A DNA stretch of 64,000 nucleotides from an uncultured Clostridia bacterium (GCA_944360075.1 CALVTE010000002.1:14638-78637); one strand, 5' to 3'. Shown: positions 43,655 through 53,365, counted from the first letter of the stretch. The notes: generated from the sequence alone by a model not told the origin. Translations and numbers: made by a program.

Positions 43655-43888
43655 TCAAACGCTAGCGGTTGTTTGTGCAAATTGACGAAGAAGAATTCCG
43701 CCATCGATAATGCAAGCAATAATCAGATATATTGTTGCAAGCAAAACCAAAATATAGATGATTCTTTCAACAATTTTGCTGCCCATGCTAAGCCAAGCCA
43801 CCAGATTGAAATTTGCAAGTCCAATAATCCCCCAGTTAAGACCGCCAATCATCAAAATGATAAGGGCTATATAATTTGCTATAATCAT
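43655..43888 (-). CDS. DUF378 small membrane protein
   Basis: 77 aa. IGGLNWGIIGLANFNLVAWL is the DUF378 hallmark. Confidence 0.8.
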   Translation of the reverse strand: MIIANYIALIILMIGGLNWGIIGLANFNLVAWLSMGSKIVERIIYILVLLATIYLIIACIIDGGILLRQFAQTTASV

Positions 43889-43951
43889 GTTTTACCTCCC
43901 TAGGTGTATTTTGCCCATGTAACAAATTTTTATGCCAAAACATAAGGCGAC

Positions 43952-43975
43952 AAAAAAAAGCAAGAAGCTCTTGCT
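43952..43975 (-). terminator. intrinsic terminator after mnmA
   Basis: Minus strand AGCAAGA-gct-TCTTGCT followed by TTTTTTTTG. Confidence 0.75.
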
Positions 43976-45052
43976 TTAATTTTTATAACTTTTATCGATA
44001 ATTCCCCCGCCAAGGCACAGGCCTTTTTCGTCATACAAAACCACAAATTGACCAGGAGTTATTGCGCGCTGCTTTTGGTCAAAATCAACAGTGATTGTCT
44101 TTTCTCCTGTGATTTTGACTTTGACTTTTTGATCGGGCTGCCTATAGCGAAACTTGGCAAAGCAAACAAATTCATCTTGCTTTGGTCTTTCAGGAATCAA
44201 GTTGAAATCGGTTGCAGCAAGCCCGTCGCTAAAAGGGTGTTCGTCTTGGCCTTGGCTGACAATAAGTCTGTTGTTTTTTATATCCTTTTCAAGCACAAAC
44301 CAGCGCTGCCCATTGCCACCTTTAAGGCCTCCGATATTAAGCCCTCTCCGCTGTCCCAAAGTATAATACATCAGTCCGTCATGCTTGCCAACAACTTTGC
44401 CATGATTGTCAACAATATCTCCTGGCTGAGCAGGCAAAAACTCGCTTAAAAACTTTTTGAAGTTTCGCTCGCCGATAAAGCATATGCCAGTTGAATCCTT
44501 TTTTGCAGCTGTTGAAAGCTCAAGTTCTTTGGCAATTTGGCGAACTTCTGGCTTTGAAATTTCAGCAAGTGGAAAAATCACTTTTGAAAGTTGAAATTGA
44601 CTGAGCTGGTTCAAAAAATATGACTGGTCTTTGTTAAGGTCGTCAGCTTTTGCAAGATAGAATTTGCCATCTTTTTCAATCTTTTTTGCGTAATGCCCTG
44701 TTGCAATCATATCCGCGCCCAAAGCAAGCGCCTTGTCAAGAAAGGGGCCAAATTTGATTTCTCTGTTGCACAAAACATCTGGATTTGGCGTTCTTCCAGC
44801 TTTGTATTCATCAAGAAAATATTTGAAAACTCTCTGGTAATATTCTTTTGCGTAGTTGACAGAAAAATATGGTATGCCCAGTCTGTTGCAAACTCTTTTC
44901 ACATCTTCGTAGTCTTCTTCAGCCGTGCAAGCGCCGTCTTTTTCTTCCCAATTTATCATAAAAAGCCCAATAACTTCATGCCCCTGTTTTTTGAGCAGAT
45001 AGGCAGCCACTGATGAGTCTACGCCCCCGCTTATCCCAACAACAACTTTCAT
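43976..45052 (-). CDS. mnmA: tRNA 2-thiouridine(34) synthase MnmA
   Basis: 358 aa. PP-loop [16 protein letters not shown], plus GHYA and CFIGE motifs. Confidence 0.95.
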   Translation of the reverse strand: MKVVVGISGGVDSSVAAYLLKKQGHEVIGLFMINWEEKDGACTAEEDYEDVKRVCNRLGIPYFSVNYAKEYYQRVFKYFLDEYKAGRTPNPDVLCNREIKFGPFLDKALALGADMIATGHYAKKIEKDGKFYLAKADDLNKDQSYFLNQLSQFQLSKVIFPLAEISKPEVRQIAKELELSTAAKKDSTGICFIGERNFKKFLSEFLPAQPGDIVDNHGKVVGKHDGLMYYTLGQRRGLNIGGLKGGNGQRWFVLEKDIKNNRLIVSQGQDEHPFSDGLAATDFNLIPERPKQDEFVCFAKFRYRQPDQKVKVKITGEKTITVDFDQKQRAITPGQFVVLYDEKGLCLGGGIIDKSYKN

Positions 45053-45573
45053 TTTTCTTCTTCCTTTTGCAAATTTTCTTTGTTTGGCTGGTCGCTAGAA
45101 AGGTCAATCCCCACTGGCACCTTAAATTTTTTCAGGCCAATCATAAAAATATCCCAAAACCAAACAAAAAGCACAAAGCCGGCAATGGTGCATAAAACAG
45201 CCACCAAAGTTTCGCTGTAAAGAATAAGAGGAGTGTTGAAAATCGTCAGGCACACAATCATAATAAAATTTAGCAGCAATAGCGTTGCTCTGCCATATCT
45301 TCCAACATAAAAGCAGTGGCCGCCAACAAAGCCTGTAAAAATTGCCAGACACAAAAGTTTTACAAAATTCACGTCATTTGGCAGCGTTGTGGTGTTGACA
45401 ATAAATTTCCTTTCCCCTCGCCTTTTTAGCGCTTTTGCATCCTTGTTGGTGGCAATGGCAAGACGCGAAAAAACAAGGCCGCAGTCTGGACACTCTTCAC
45501 AAGAAGAAGGCACTTTAAGCTGGCATCTTGGACATATTTTTTTGCTTTCAAAAGTTTTTGTTCTCACAGCCAA
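45049..45573 (-). CDS. zinc-ribbon plus TM2-domain membrane protein
   Basis: 174 aa. CPRCQ ... CEECPDCG zinc ribbon, then TM2-like [22 protein letters not shown] overlap with mnmA. Confidence 0.65.
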   Translation of the reverse strand: MAVRTKTFESKKICPRCQLKVPSSCEECPDCGLVFSRLAIATNKDAKALKRRGERKFIVNTTTLPNDVNFVKLLCLAIFTGFVGGHCFYVGRYGRATLLLLNFIMIVCLTIFNTPLILYSETLVAVLCTIAGFVLFVWFWDIFMIGLKKFKVPVGIDLSSDQPNKENLQKEEEK

Positions 45574-45605
45574 AATTTTAGCACCTTAGCGGCAAATTTG
45601 TCAAG

Positions 45606-46946
45606 TTAATTTTCGCATTGGTTAAGATATAAAATTGCCGCCTTATCATTTGGATTTTCTTTCAGCAAATTTTCAAAAATCAGTTTGGCACGCTGCTGCT
45701 GCCCCTGATAGAAAAATTGCACCCCCTTTTCAAAGGCTTGCTTGTTTTTGTCAAGCAGAAACCTTTTATGGCGGTTGTAAACTTCAAGGCTTTCAAAACA
45801 GTTTACATTTTGCCCAGTAAGAGCGCCGATAAAACGATATTTCAAAAAATAATTTTCTGGCAAAGCGTCAAGAACGGCATTTGAAAAAATCAAACAGCAG
45901 TCTGCCTTTTTTGAAAAATCTATAATCTGGCTGAGAGCGACTGTGTCTTCTTCATTGACCAAAAGCTTTCCATTTTTATTAAGCAGGCAGCAAACTTTGT
46001 GACCATCAACGGCAACAAAACAGTTTATCTTGCAGCCAATGCGCTTGGCCTTTATTTTGACAGCACGGCACACCGCATGAGAAAAATCCAAAGCGTCTTG
46101 CGAGCGAAAAAACACTCCAAGGCAGCCAAAAGAACAGTTGTCAACGCCAAGACCATTAAATCTTTTTATAAGCGGTTGAGCAGCTTCCATATACAATTTC
46201 AGTGTCTGATAATTTCCTTTCAATCCGCTTGCTCCAACATCTTGGATGACACAAAGGCTGAGATAGCCGTAGCGACTGACCAGCTGTTTGTTTTGCAATT
46301 TTTCAATTTCCATTTTGTTTGCAAACTTGTTGAGCGCTTTTGGGATTTTTTGCAAACCTTCCTCCTCGCCTTCATCAAACTTTCTGTTTATTTTAAGCAG
46401 CGAGAGCCCAATATGCGCAAACTGCTTTCCACCACCAAGGCGAAATTTTTTTTCTTTAATCCGCCCTTGCCCAAGCCGCTCTAGCAGCTTTTCCATTTTA
46501 TACAAAGGTTTTGTGACAACAAAATAGATTATAAACAGCAGCAAAATATACAAAATGGTCAGCAAAACGGCCCACAAGAGGGAATTGTAGTGATTTTTTG
46601 TTGTGATGTTGAGCAAAGTTTTGACAGAGTTTGCAAAAGCATTATTCAAATTTGTCAGATAGGCAACACAGTAAAGAGAAATGCCATAAATAATCGTCAA
46701 CGGTAAAGTTGAAAAAAACAGAACTTTGTTGAGAGAAAGGGTTTTTAAAAACTTAAAATAAAGCACATTGCCAAACAAATTTGATAAAACAAGCAAGCCA
46801 AGCGCTGTGTAGCCAAGTGGCGAAAAATCAAAAGACAATTTTGCATTTTCAAATTTGACGGCGGCTGATAGGTGCGGAAAAAGCACCACCGAGGCAACCG
46901 AAGTCAAGGCAAACAAAACAAGAAAGATTTTTGTTGAGGTTTTCAT
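45606..46946 (-). CDS. membrane HAMP / class III nucleotidyl-cyclase-like (degenerate) / TPR protein
   Basis: 446 aa. 4-5 N-terminal TMs, a HAMP-like segment (KPLYKMEKLLERL ... FAHIGLSLLKINRKF), a CHD-like block (YLSLCVIQDVGASGL ... VAVDGHKVCC), and a C-terminal TPR-like segment (AKLIFENLLKENPNDKAAILYLNQC). Confidence 0.45.
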   Translation of the reverse strand: MKTSTKIFLVLFALTSVASVVLFPHLSAAVKFENAKLSFDFSPLGYTALGLLVLSNLFGNVLYFKFLKTLSLNKVLFFSTLPLTIIYGISLYCVAYLTNLNNAFANSVKTLLNITTKNHYNSLLWAVLLTILYILLLFIIYFVVTKPLYKMEKLLERLGQGRIKEKKFRLGGGKQFAHIGLSLLKINRKFDEGEEEGLQKIPKALNKFANKMEIEKLQNKQLVSRYGYLSLCVIQDVGASGLKGNYQTLKLYMEAAQPLIKRFNGLGVDNCSFGCLGVFFRSQDALDFSHAVCRAVKIKAKRIGCKINCFVAVDGHKVCCLLNKNGKLLVNEEDTVALSQIIDFSKKADCCLIFSNAVLDALPENYFLKYRFIGALTGQNVNCFESLEVYNRHKRFLLDKNKQAFEKGVQFFYQGQQQRAKLIFENLLKENPNDKAAILYLNQCEN

Positions 46947-47040
46947 AGCTATATTTTTTGCAAGATGTTTGGAAAATATGTAAAGAGCAAATAGGAATAA
47001 AAATATAAAAATTGCACAAAAAAACCTAAGGAGAAATTTT

Positions 47041-47490
47041 ATGGAAGAAGTGAAAAAAGAAGATTTAGAAAATTATTTAAACGCCGTCTATCAAAACATT
47101 CGAACGGCAGTTCAGTCAATTGATGAGCTTTTGCCAAAAGTCAAAGACAACAATTTGAAAAAGGAGCTGGCCTCGCAGCAGGATGTTTACATTGCCTTGC
47201 AAAAGGAATGTGAAGTTTTTTCGCAAGGAGAAAAACTTGAAAAAATCAAAGACAACAACTGGCTGGAAAAGGCAAGACTGTGGTCGAGCATCAATCTTTC
47301 AACTTTGACAAACAAAACCACCCGCCACATTGCAGAAATGATGCTTTTTGGCACTTTTATGGGCTATATCACCTGCGTAAAAGACCTTTATGACCATAAA
47401 AACCTTTCAAAAGAAATAGATGATATACTGTCGCGCCTCAAAGAGTTTGAAAGAAAAAACTTAGACTCTTTGATGCCTTATTTGGTCTAA
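47041..47490 (+). CDS. hypothetical all-helical protein
   Basis: 149 aa. AAGGAGAA RBS. Predicted helical-bundle style sequence with no motif recognised. Its 3' end overlaps the convergent M50 gene by 30 nt. Confidence 0.5.
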   Translation: MEEVKKEDLENYLNAVYQNIRTAVQSIDELLPKVKDNNLKKELASQQDVYIALQKECEVFSQGEKLEKIKDNNWLEKARLWSSINLSTLTNKTTRHIAEMMLFGTFMGYITCVKDLYDHKNLSKEIDDILSRLKEFERKNLDSLMPYLV

Positions 47491-48324
47491 AATCTCGCCG
47501 ATTGAAAGTGTTAGAGGAAAATTTAAACTCAATTTGAAAAGATTGTCTTGCCCAAGAAAAATATTTTTGCCCTTAAACTCGACAACAAAAATGGTATATC
47601 TGCACCAATCAACCTTGCTCAGCATTTTTGCAAGCGTGGTTGATTTTTTGACATACAGCAATTTGACCTTGGCAAAATTTTTCACTTTTTTGTTTAAGCG
47701 GAAGGCAAGAGTGTATTTTGCATCGTTGTTTGCAAGCAAACTTAAAATCAAAAAAATGCCAAGCAGTGCAAAAGTGGGATTGAAATCAACAAAGCAAGAA
47801 AGAAAAAATAAAAAGAAAAAAATGATTGATAAAACAACGTTTAAGCCACTTATAAGCTTTACCGCCCTTTCTCTGCTCGTCACATTTTGCAGAATTGAAA
47901 GAGCGCATCTTCCCCCGTCAAGCGGGTAACATGGAAGCAAATTGACAAGGCCAAAAAAATAAGATTGGCGGGCAAACTGAGCAGTCAGATTATATAATGA
48001 AGGAAAAGCCCACCAAAGAGCGACCACAATTGTTGCGCAAACAATATTGCAAAGAGGGCCGGCAAAAGCAATCAAAAATTCATCGTTTTTGTCCAAGATT
48101 TTTTGTTTAAAGTCAAGCGAAGCTCCATAGGCTGCAAGAGAAAACTTTTCAAGTTTATAACCTAGTTTTTTCGCCACCAAAAAGTGCGCAAATTCGTGAA
48201 GAGCAACCACGCAAACAAAAATCAAAAAACTGCTCATGCCTTCTGTGAAAATCAAATATAGCGCAAGCAAAAAAAATGCAGGCGTTATTGGCGAATTGAT
48301 TTTTTTTAAAATCCCGTTGCCCAC
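47461..48324 (-). CDS. spoIVFB: M50 site-2 metalloprotease, SpoIVFB-like
   Basis: 287 aa (GTG start). HEFAHFLVAKKLGY (HExxH) and NLLPCYPLDGGR (compare SpoIVFB NLLPIWPLDGG). SpoIVFB-like length with a C-terminal soluble domain. sigK is in the same window. Confidence 0.6.
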   Translation of the reverse strand: MGNGILKKINSPITPAFFLLALYLIFTEGMSSFLIFVCVVALHEFAHFLVAKKLGYKLEKFSLAAYGASLDFKQKILDKNDEFLIAFAGPLCNIVCATIVVALWWAFPSLYNLTAQFARQSYFFGLVNLLPCYPLDGGRCALSILQNVTSRERAVKLISGLNVVLSIIFFFLFFLSCFVDFNPTFALLGIFLILSLLANNDAKYTLAFRLNKKVKNFAKVKLLYVKKSTTLAKMLSKVDWCRYTIFVVEFKGKNIFLGQDNLFKLSLNFPLTLSIGEILDQIRHQRV

Positions 48325-48455
48325 AGCACACCAAGCACTATTTCAACAACAAGAAGAAAAAGCAAAAATATATTGAAAATTATCCCTCGTTTCAGCCTGT
48401 ATTTGACCTTGTTTTGATTATATTTCTGTCCATAAACCCTGATTTTTTTCTGCAT
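48306..48455 (-). CDS. possible 49-aa single-TM micro-protein overlapping the M50 start
   Basis: Hand-found. ATG at 48455. Product MQKKIRVYGQKYNQNKVKYRLKRGIIFNIFLLFLLVVEIVLGVLWATGF. Overlaps the M50 GTG start by 19 nt. No convincing RBS. Confidence 0.25.
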   Translation of the reverse strand: MQKKIRVYGQKYNQNKVKYRLKRGIIFNIFLLFLLVVEIVLGVLWATGF

Positions 48456-48535
48456 AAAACATCTTATTATTTTCTGCTGCCATTTATGCTTTTTGGCATA
48501 AAAAAGAGCCTTGTAAGGCTCTGGCTATAAGGTTT

Positions 48536-49213
48536 TCAGGCAATCGTTCCGTCATCTGCTGAAATCGTTTGCACATCTTCCCCTTTCAAAAAGTCTGGCA
48601 AATCTTCTTCAAATTCAATATCGTCAACATTTTTAAAAAGAGTGTCTTGCTTTTCTTGGTCTTCTTCTTGTCTGATAGTTTTGATGCGCTCGAGCAACTC
48701 TTCATAGTCTGGAAGCTGATTGATGTCTTTCAAATTGAAGCGTTTTAAAAAACTTTCAGTCGTGCCAAACAACAAAGGTTTGCCCACGGCATCTTTTCTT
48801 CCAACAACTTCAATCATGTTTTGATCCACCAAAATTTGCACTGCATAGTCAGAATTAACCCTTCGAATATCTTCAACTTCAAGTTTTGTGATTGGCTGTT
48901 TGTATGCGATGATGGCAAGCGTTTCTAGTGCTGCTCTCGTCAAAGATTTTTCGCGAATAGGATTGAGCACGTCCGATATGTAGCTGGCATAATTTGGATT
49001 TGAAGCAAGTTGAATTTTGTTTTTATACTCAATCAAATGCACTCCTTTGTCTCCGTCAAGTTCTTGCTTCAACTGCGAAATTGCCTTGTCAAGTTCTTTT
49101 TGGCTAACCTGCAATTTTTCGGCGATAAAAGATTTCTCAATTCCATCACCTGCCACAAACAGAATTGAAAACAAAACCTCTTTTAAATTGTATGCTGTGT
49201 CGATTGTGCTCAT
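48536..49213 (-). CDS. scpB: segregation and condensation protein B
   Basis: 225 aa. ScpB-like winged-helix repeats (VLFSILFVAGDGI, TRAALETLAIIAYKQPITKLEVEDIRRV). Follows scpA. Confidence 0.9.
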   Translation of the reverse strand: MSTIDTAYNLKEVLFSILFVAGDGIEKSFIAEKLQVSQKELDKAISQLKQELDGDKGVHLIEYKNKIQLASNPNYASYISDVLNPIREKSLTRAALETLAIIAYKQPITKLEVEDIRRVNSDYAVQILVDQNMIEVVGRKDAVGKPLLFGTTESFLKRFNLKDINQLPDYEELLERIKTIRQEEDQEKQDTLFKNVDDIEFEEDLPDFLKGEDVQTISADDGTIA

Positions 49214-49215
49214 AA

Positions 49216-49986
49216 TTAAACCTCGTTTGAAATGATATTGATTTGTTTGAAAATTCCCGCCTGTTCCACCCTGACAGCTTGCAATTTCAAAAGCTCTAAA
49301 AGTGCCAAAAACACGTTTATCATTTCGCTTTTTGTCATGTCTGGCGTATAAATTTCTTCAAACGGAAAACGTTTATGCTCTCTGGCATAAGAGCGGATTG
49401 AAACAATTTTTTCAGCCACGGTAAAACGGTCTTTAACAATTTTTTTCGGTTCTGGCTTATCTTCTCCGCGCGCCTGCGCTTTGGCAAGCAAGTTGGCAAA
49501 GGCGTCAAGCAGTTTGTCAAGCACCATGTCTTTGATCACAATTTTGACCTTTTCAGTTTCCTTGCCCGGCAGACGATACAGTTTGTTTATATCCTCAATT
49601 TCTTTAAGCCTTTTTCCAGTTTCTTTAAACAGTTCATATTCTTTCAGCCGCTCAAGCAAAAGCGCTTCGCTGTCTTCTTCGTCTGCCGTCTCATCTTGCT
49701 CGACAGGCAACAGGTGCTTTGATTTGATTTCGATAAGTGTTGCTGCCACAGTTATAAACTCGCTTGCCCTGTCCATATCAATAGAGTCAAGGTCTTTCAT
49801 ATACTCAAGATATTGCTCAGTTATATCAGCAAGTTTGACAGTCATAATATCCATTTTAGCATCTTTGATAAGGTGCAATAAAAGGTCAAGCGGTCCTTCA
49901 AAATTGTCGAGCTTAAACCTATACTTGTCGTCAACAAAACTCATCTGTTCTGTTGCAAGCACGTCTTGTGAATTGTTCTGATCCAT
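49216..49986 (-). CDS. scpA: segregation and condensation protein A
   Basis: 256 aa from ATG at 49986 (AAGGAAGGAG RBS). FEGPLDLLLHLI motif. Confidence 0.9.
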   Translation of the reverse strand: MDQNNSQDVLATEQMSFVDDKYRFKLDNFEGPLDLLLHLIKDAKMDIMTVKLADITEQYLEYMKDLDSIDMDRASEFITVAATLIEIKSKHLLPVEQDETADEEDSEALLLERLKEYELFKETGKRLKEIEDINKLYRLPGKETEKVKIVIKDMVLDKLLDAFANLLAKAQARGEDKPEPKKIVKDRFTVAEKIVSIRSYAREHKRFPFEEIYTPDMTKSEMINVFLALLELLKLQAVRVEQAGIFKQINIISNEV

Positions 49987-50061
49987 CTCAAAATCTCCTT
50001 CCTTGAGTTTTGTTTCCTTATAGTTTAAGTATAATCTTCTCCCCGCCAAATTGCAAGCAAA

Positions 50062-50697
50062 TTAAAGAGCAATCACTTCAAATGTTAAGGAATAATCATA
50101 TTGATAAAAATCAAAAGTCACAAAGCCGTCTTCTTTTGCCGACAAAAAGTATCCAAAAGCCACCTTTTCGATGGAAATATTTTCTGGGTCAGAACTTGAA
50201 AGCTTCACCTTGGGATTTAAAATCAATTTGTTGAATTGGTCATAAACTGAAAGTGAAAATTGACAAGACGACGATGTCAAATAGATTTTGTTGTTATAGA
50301 TTTTGCAGTTGTCATTTTCTGTCAAGGCATAGCCTAGGCCATCACTAGCAACCGAAACGACAAAACTGCAAAAAGCTTGTTTGCCCTGATATTCCGCTTC
50401 GACCTTGACCATAGTCTCTCCAGCGCTAAGAGCAGTAATTTTGTTGTTTTTTATCATGACGATGCTTGAGTTTTCAATCTGATAGCACAGCTGCGCCTCT
50501 TGATAAGAAACTTCCAGCGGAAGAGGCTTTATTTGACCAACTTGCATTTCAAGGTTTGGACAACTTATAGTGAAAGCGTCACTACCTTGAGTTTTTTGAC
50601 GAAAGGCTGAAAAATACACGACAAGCACTATAATGCTTGCCAACATAAAAGCAATAGCTGAGAGTAAAATAATTTTCTTTTTCTTGTTTTCCGTCAA
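50062..50697 (-). CDS. membrane-anchored protein with bacterial Ig-like (Big_2-type) domain
   Basis: 211 aa. N-terminal TM anchor. The segment MQVGQIKPLPLEV ... ITALSAGETMVKVEA is Big_2-like. Confidence 0.5.
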   Translation of the reverse strand: MTENKKKKIILLSAIAFMLASIIVLVVYFSAFRQKTQGSDAFTISCPNLEMQVGQIKPLPLEVSYQEAQLCYQIENSSIVMIKNNKITALSAGETMVKVEAEYQGKQAFCSFVVSVASDGLGYALTENDNCKIYNNKIYLTSSSCQFSLSVYDQFNKLILNPKVKLSSSDPENISIEKVAFGYFLSAKEDGFVTFDFYQYDYSLTFEVIAL

Positions 50698-50781
50698 TTT
50701 TGTCCTCTGCCTTTACTGTTGTATAATAGCAAAAATTGTCGAAAAATCAAAATAAAATTTATAATATTATAAAAGAAATTT

Positions 50782-50817
50782 AAAAAAAAGGCTGCTAAAA
50801 TCTCTTCTAACAGCCTT
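50782..50817 (-). terminator. intrinsic terminator after the D,D-carboxypeptidase gene
   Basis: Minus strand GGCTGTTA-loop-TAGCAGCC (one mismatch) followed by TTTTTTTTAAA. Confidence 0.6.
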
Positions 50818-50834
50818 GTTTAATTTTTCATTTT

Positions 50835-51986
50835 TTACCACGAATAAGCGATTTTTTCAAAACAATCTTTAAGCGAGAGCGGTTCAATATCGTTTTTAAC
50901 GGTCAAATCAATCTCTTTGACAACCACACCGCCTTTTGAAACCACCGCTTTCCCAACAATATCACCCGCCTTTGTTGGCGCGCTAAGTTTTTCAGGAAGA
51001 ATATAATCGATTTCAAATTCATTCTGCTTGCCCTTTTTACTTGTCACGCTGTAGTCTTCACAAGCATAAATCTCAGCGCTATCAACTTTGCCTTTGCTTA
51101 CGGCCAGGCTTTTGATGGCACAGGTCGAATCCAGCAGGCTTTTATTTTCAAAATTTGCAAAACCATAGTTGAACAATTTTGAACACTCATTAAACCTTGT
51201 TTGGCTGTTTTTTGCACCTATAACCACAGAAATCAAACGCATATTGTTTCGCTTTGCTGTGGCTGCAAGGCAGCAGCCTGCCTCATTTGTAGAGCCAGTT
51301 TTTCCGCCATCGCACCCCTCATAATATCGCACTAATCTGTTGGTGTTGACAAGTTCAGTTTTTCTGCCCGATGGATGCACAAGTTCGTCCATCCAAATGG
51401 TTGAAAACTGATGATATTTATCAAATTTTGAAACTTCCTTAAGCACGATTGCGCTATCTTTTGCACAAGAATATTGTTCTGGAGCAGGCAACCCGGTGCA
51501 GTTGACATAATTTGTATCGTTCATTCCAAGTTGTTTTGCTCTTTCATTCATTCTGACCACAAAATTATCTTCACTTCCACTGATATGCTCAGCAAGTGCC
51601 ACAGAAGCATCATTTGCCGAAGCCATAATCACACTTTTAAGCATATCTTTTGCCGAGTATTGCACATAGGGGTCAATAAACACCTGACTGCCGCCCATGG
51701 AAGAGGCATTTTCAGTGGTTTCAATCATCGTTTCGTCTGTGAGATTACCTTTTTGATACTCCTCTAAAGTAAGAAGTATGGTCATCATTTTCACCATGCT
51801 TGCAACTGGCAAATGAAGTGTTGCATCTTTTTGATAAAGCACCTGACCAGAAGAAAAATCAACAAGACAGGCCGACTTGCTTGCCAAATCAACTTCTGCT
51901 GCTGCAAAAACTGCTGGTTGCATACTAGCACAAAATGTTGTGGCTAGTATGCAAAACATAATACTAAATATGACAAATCTTTTCAT
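50835..51986 (-). CDS. D-alanyl-D-alanine carboxypeptidase (S11, DacB/DacF-like)
   Basis: 383 aa. Signal peptide. SMVK (SxxK), SAND (SxN) and KTGST (KTG) in the canonical order. AAAGGAG RBS. Confidence 0.9.
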   Translation of the reverse strand: MKRFVIFSIMFCILATTFCASMQPAVFAAAEVDLASKSACLVDFSSGQVLYQKDATLHLPVASMVKMMTILLTLEEYQKGNLTDETMIETTENASSMGGSQVFIDPYVQYSAKDMLKSVIMASANDASVALAEHISGSEDNFVVRMNERAKQLGMNDTNYVNCTGLPAPEQYSCAKDSAIVLKEVSKFDKYHQFSTIWMDELVHPSGRKTELVNTNRLVRYYEGCDGGKTGSTNEAGCCLAATAKRNNMRLISVVIGAKNSQTRFNECSKLFNYGFANFENKSLLDSTCAIKSLAVSKGKVDSAEIYACEDYSVTSKKGKQNEFEIDYILPEKLSAPTKAGDIVGKAVVSKGGVVVKEIDLTVKNDIEPLSLKDCFEKIAYSW

Positions 51987-52043
51987 AACAAAAACTCCTT
52001 TTCATGCACTAGTTTAAGCAAAAAAGAGTTTTCTATTCACTTG

Positions 52044-52655
52044 TTAGATGACTAAAATCACATTGACGCTTAAAATTGCAAGTAAGATTGATTCAACAAC
52101 GCTGACAACAAAAATTGCAATAAAAAAGCCCAAGCCTATACACAACCTTTGCTTTGCAAACCTATACCCTCCAAAATTGCAGTAATCTTGTCTTGTTCTC
52201 AAAGCAAGAATGTAAAACAGTGACAGCAAAGCCAAGCACACAAGATGGCAAGGCAGTATAATAAAAACAGATAAAATTGCGCCTGAAAAACCGAAAAGAA
52301 GGATCATAAAACAAATGTTTAGCCCCAGAAGATAACTTCTGTATGCAAGTAAAATTAGCCCCAAAGGAAATAAAAATTTGTTCAGCGAAAATACAAAGAG
52401 CAAAAGCATAATCAAAAGCGAAGACAATACCCTTGTGAAAAATGAAGAAGTTATGATTTGAAAAGAGCCTTCTTTCAAAGCGTAACCAAAAATATTGTCA
52501 GGATTGTTTGTCCCCGTTTTGCACGCCACAATCACACCCGTCAAAAACAAGAGCAGGCAAAAAGCGAGAACAAACAAACTTTTCAGTTTATGAAGCCTTA
52601 GGCTTTCAAATATAAAATCTTTTACTGGCGAAAATTGTCGCATTTTGTTTTTCAT
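52044..52655 (-). CDS. polytopic membrane protein, possibly stage II sporulation protein M (DUF95)
   Basis: 203 aa. Topology and sequence style similar to SpoIIM (N-terminal amphipathic segment then TMs, ILPCHL compared with LPQNL). Not verified. Confidence 0.35.
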   Translation of the reverse strand: MKNKMRQFSPVKDFIFESLRLHKLKSLFVLAFCLLLFLTGVIVACKTGTNNPDNIFGYALKEGSFQIITSSFFTRVLSSLLIMLLLFVFSLNKFLFPLGLILLAYRSYLLGLNICFMILLFGFSGAILSVFIILPCHLVCLALLSLFYILALRTRQDYCNFGGYRFAKQRLCIGLGFFIAIFVVSVVESILLAILSVNVILVI

Positions 52656-52710
52656 ACTTTATATTTATGACGCCTTTATAAAAAAAGAACAACGCAAGAG
52701 CTAAATAAAC

Positions 52711-52741
52711 AAAAAAGCCTTGACTAAAATCAAGGTTTTTT
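52711..52741. terminator. bidirectional-type terminator (spans the stop of the P-loop gene)
   Basis: AAAAAAG-CCTTGA-ctaaaa-TCAAGG-TTTTTT. Confidence 0.65.
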
Positions 52742-53278
52742 GTTGAAATCAAATCCGAATTTTTTTATTATATCTTCCAGAAATTCTTTTTGACCAAATT
52801 CATAATGTAAAGCAGAAGAATTTTCTTGTATGTCTGACAAGTAAAGCTCATAAAAATTTTCGTAATTTTCTGTTACTGTTGATTCGGGGTTGCCCCTCAG
52901 CCTCATTCTTCTGGCTATTTCTTCTTGCATAGTTTTATTTGGGTAGACAAAACAATATTTGATATTGCGACTTGCAAAATAATCTTGAAAAATAGAATGA
53001 GGAGAGGCGATTATCGTCTTGCCTTCTTCACGGCATTTATCAAGTTGCTCAAAAATTTTTTTGTCAAGCTCGTCGCCATGATACTGTCTTTGAAACAATC
53101 TTTCCCCTTTTGTTGATTCAAGCTGCTCTCGCGACAAATCTTTAGGCACATTGTATTTAAGTTTCAGCCTAAGTTCGTCAGCATCGACAAAGAGCTCTGG
53201 ATATTTATCACACAAAAACGACTTGCCGCAAGCAGGCGTTGCCATAATGGCTTCAAAATCAATACCATTATATTTCAT
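52730..53278 (-). CDS. small P-loop NTPase/kinase-like protein
   Basis: 182 aa. Walker A-like MATPACGKSF near the N-terminus, followed by VDADE. No further assignment. Confidence 0.4.
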   Translation of the reverse strand: MKYNGIDFEAIMATPACGKSFLCDKYPELFVDADELRLKLKYNVPKDLSREQLESTKGERLFQRQYHGDELDKKIFEQLDKCREEGKTIIASPHSIFQDYFASRNIKYCFVYPNKTMQEEIARRMRLRGNPESTVTENYENFYELYLSDIQENSSALHYEFGQKEFLEDIIKKFGFDFNKKP

Positions 53279-53365
53279 AAGCCAATTATATTACAACATC
53301 AGAAAAATTGCAAGTGCTTTAAAAAATTTGGTGCTTTTTTCAAAATAAAGTTGTTGCTTAAAGTT

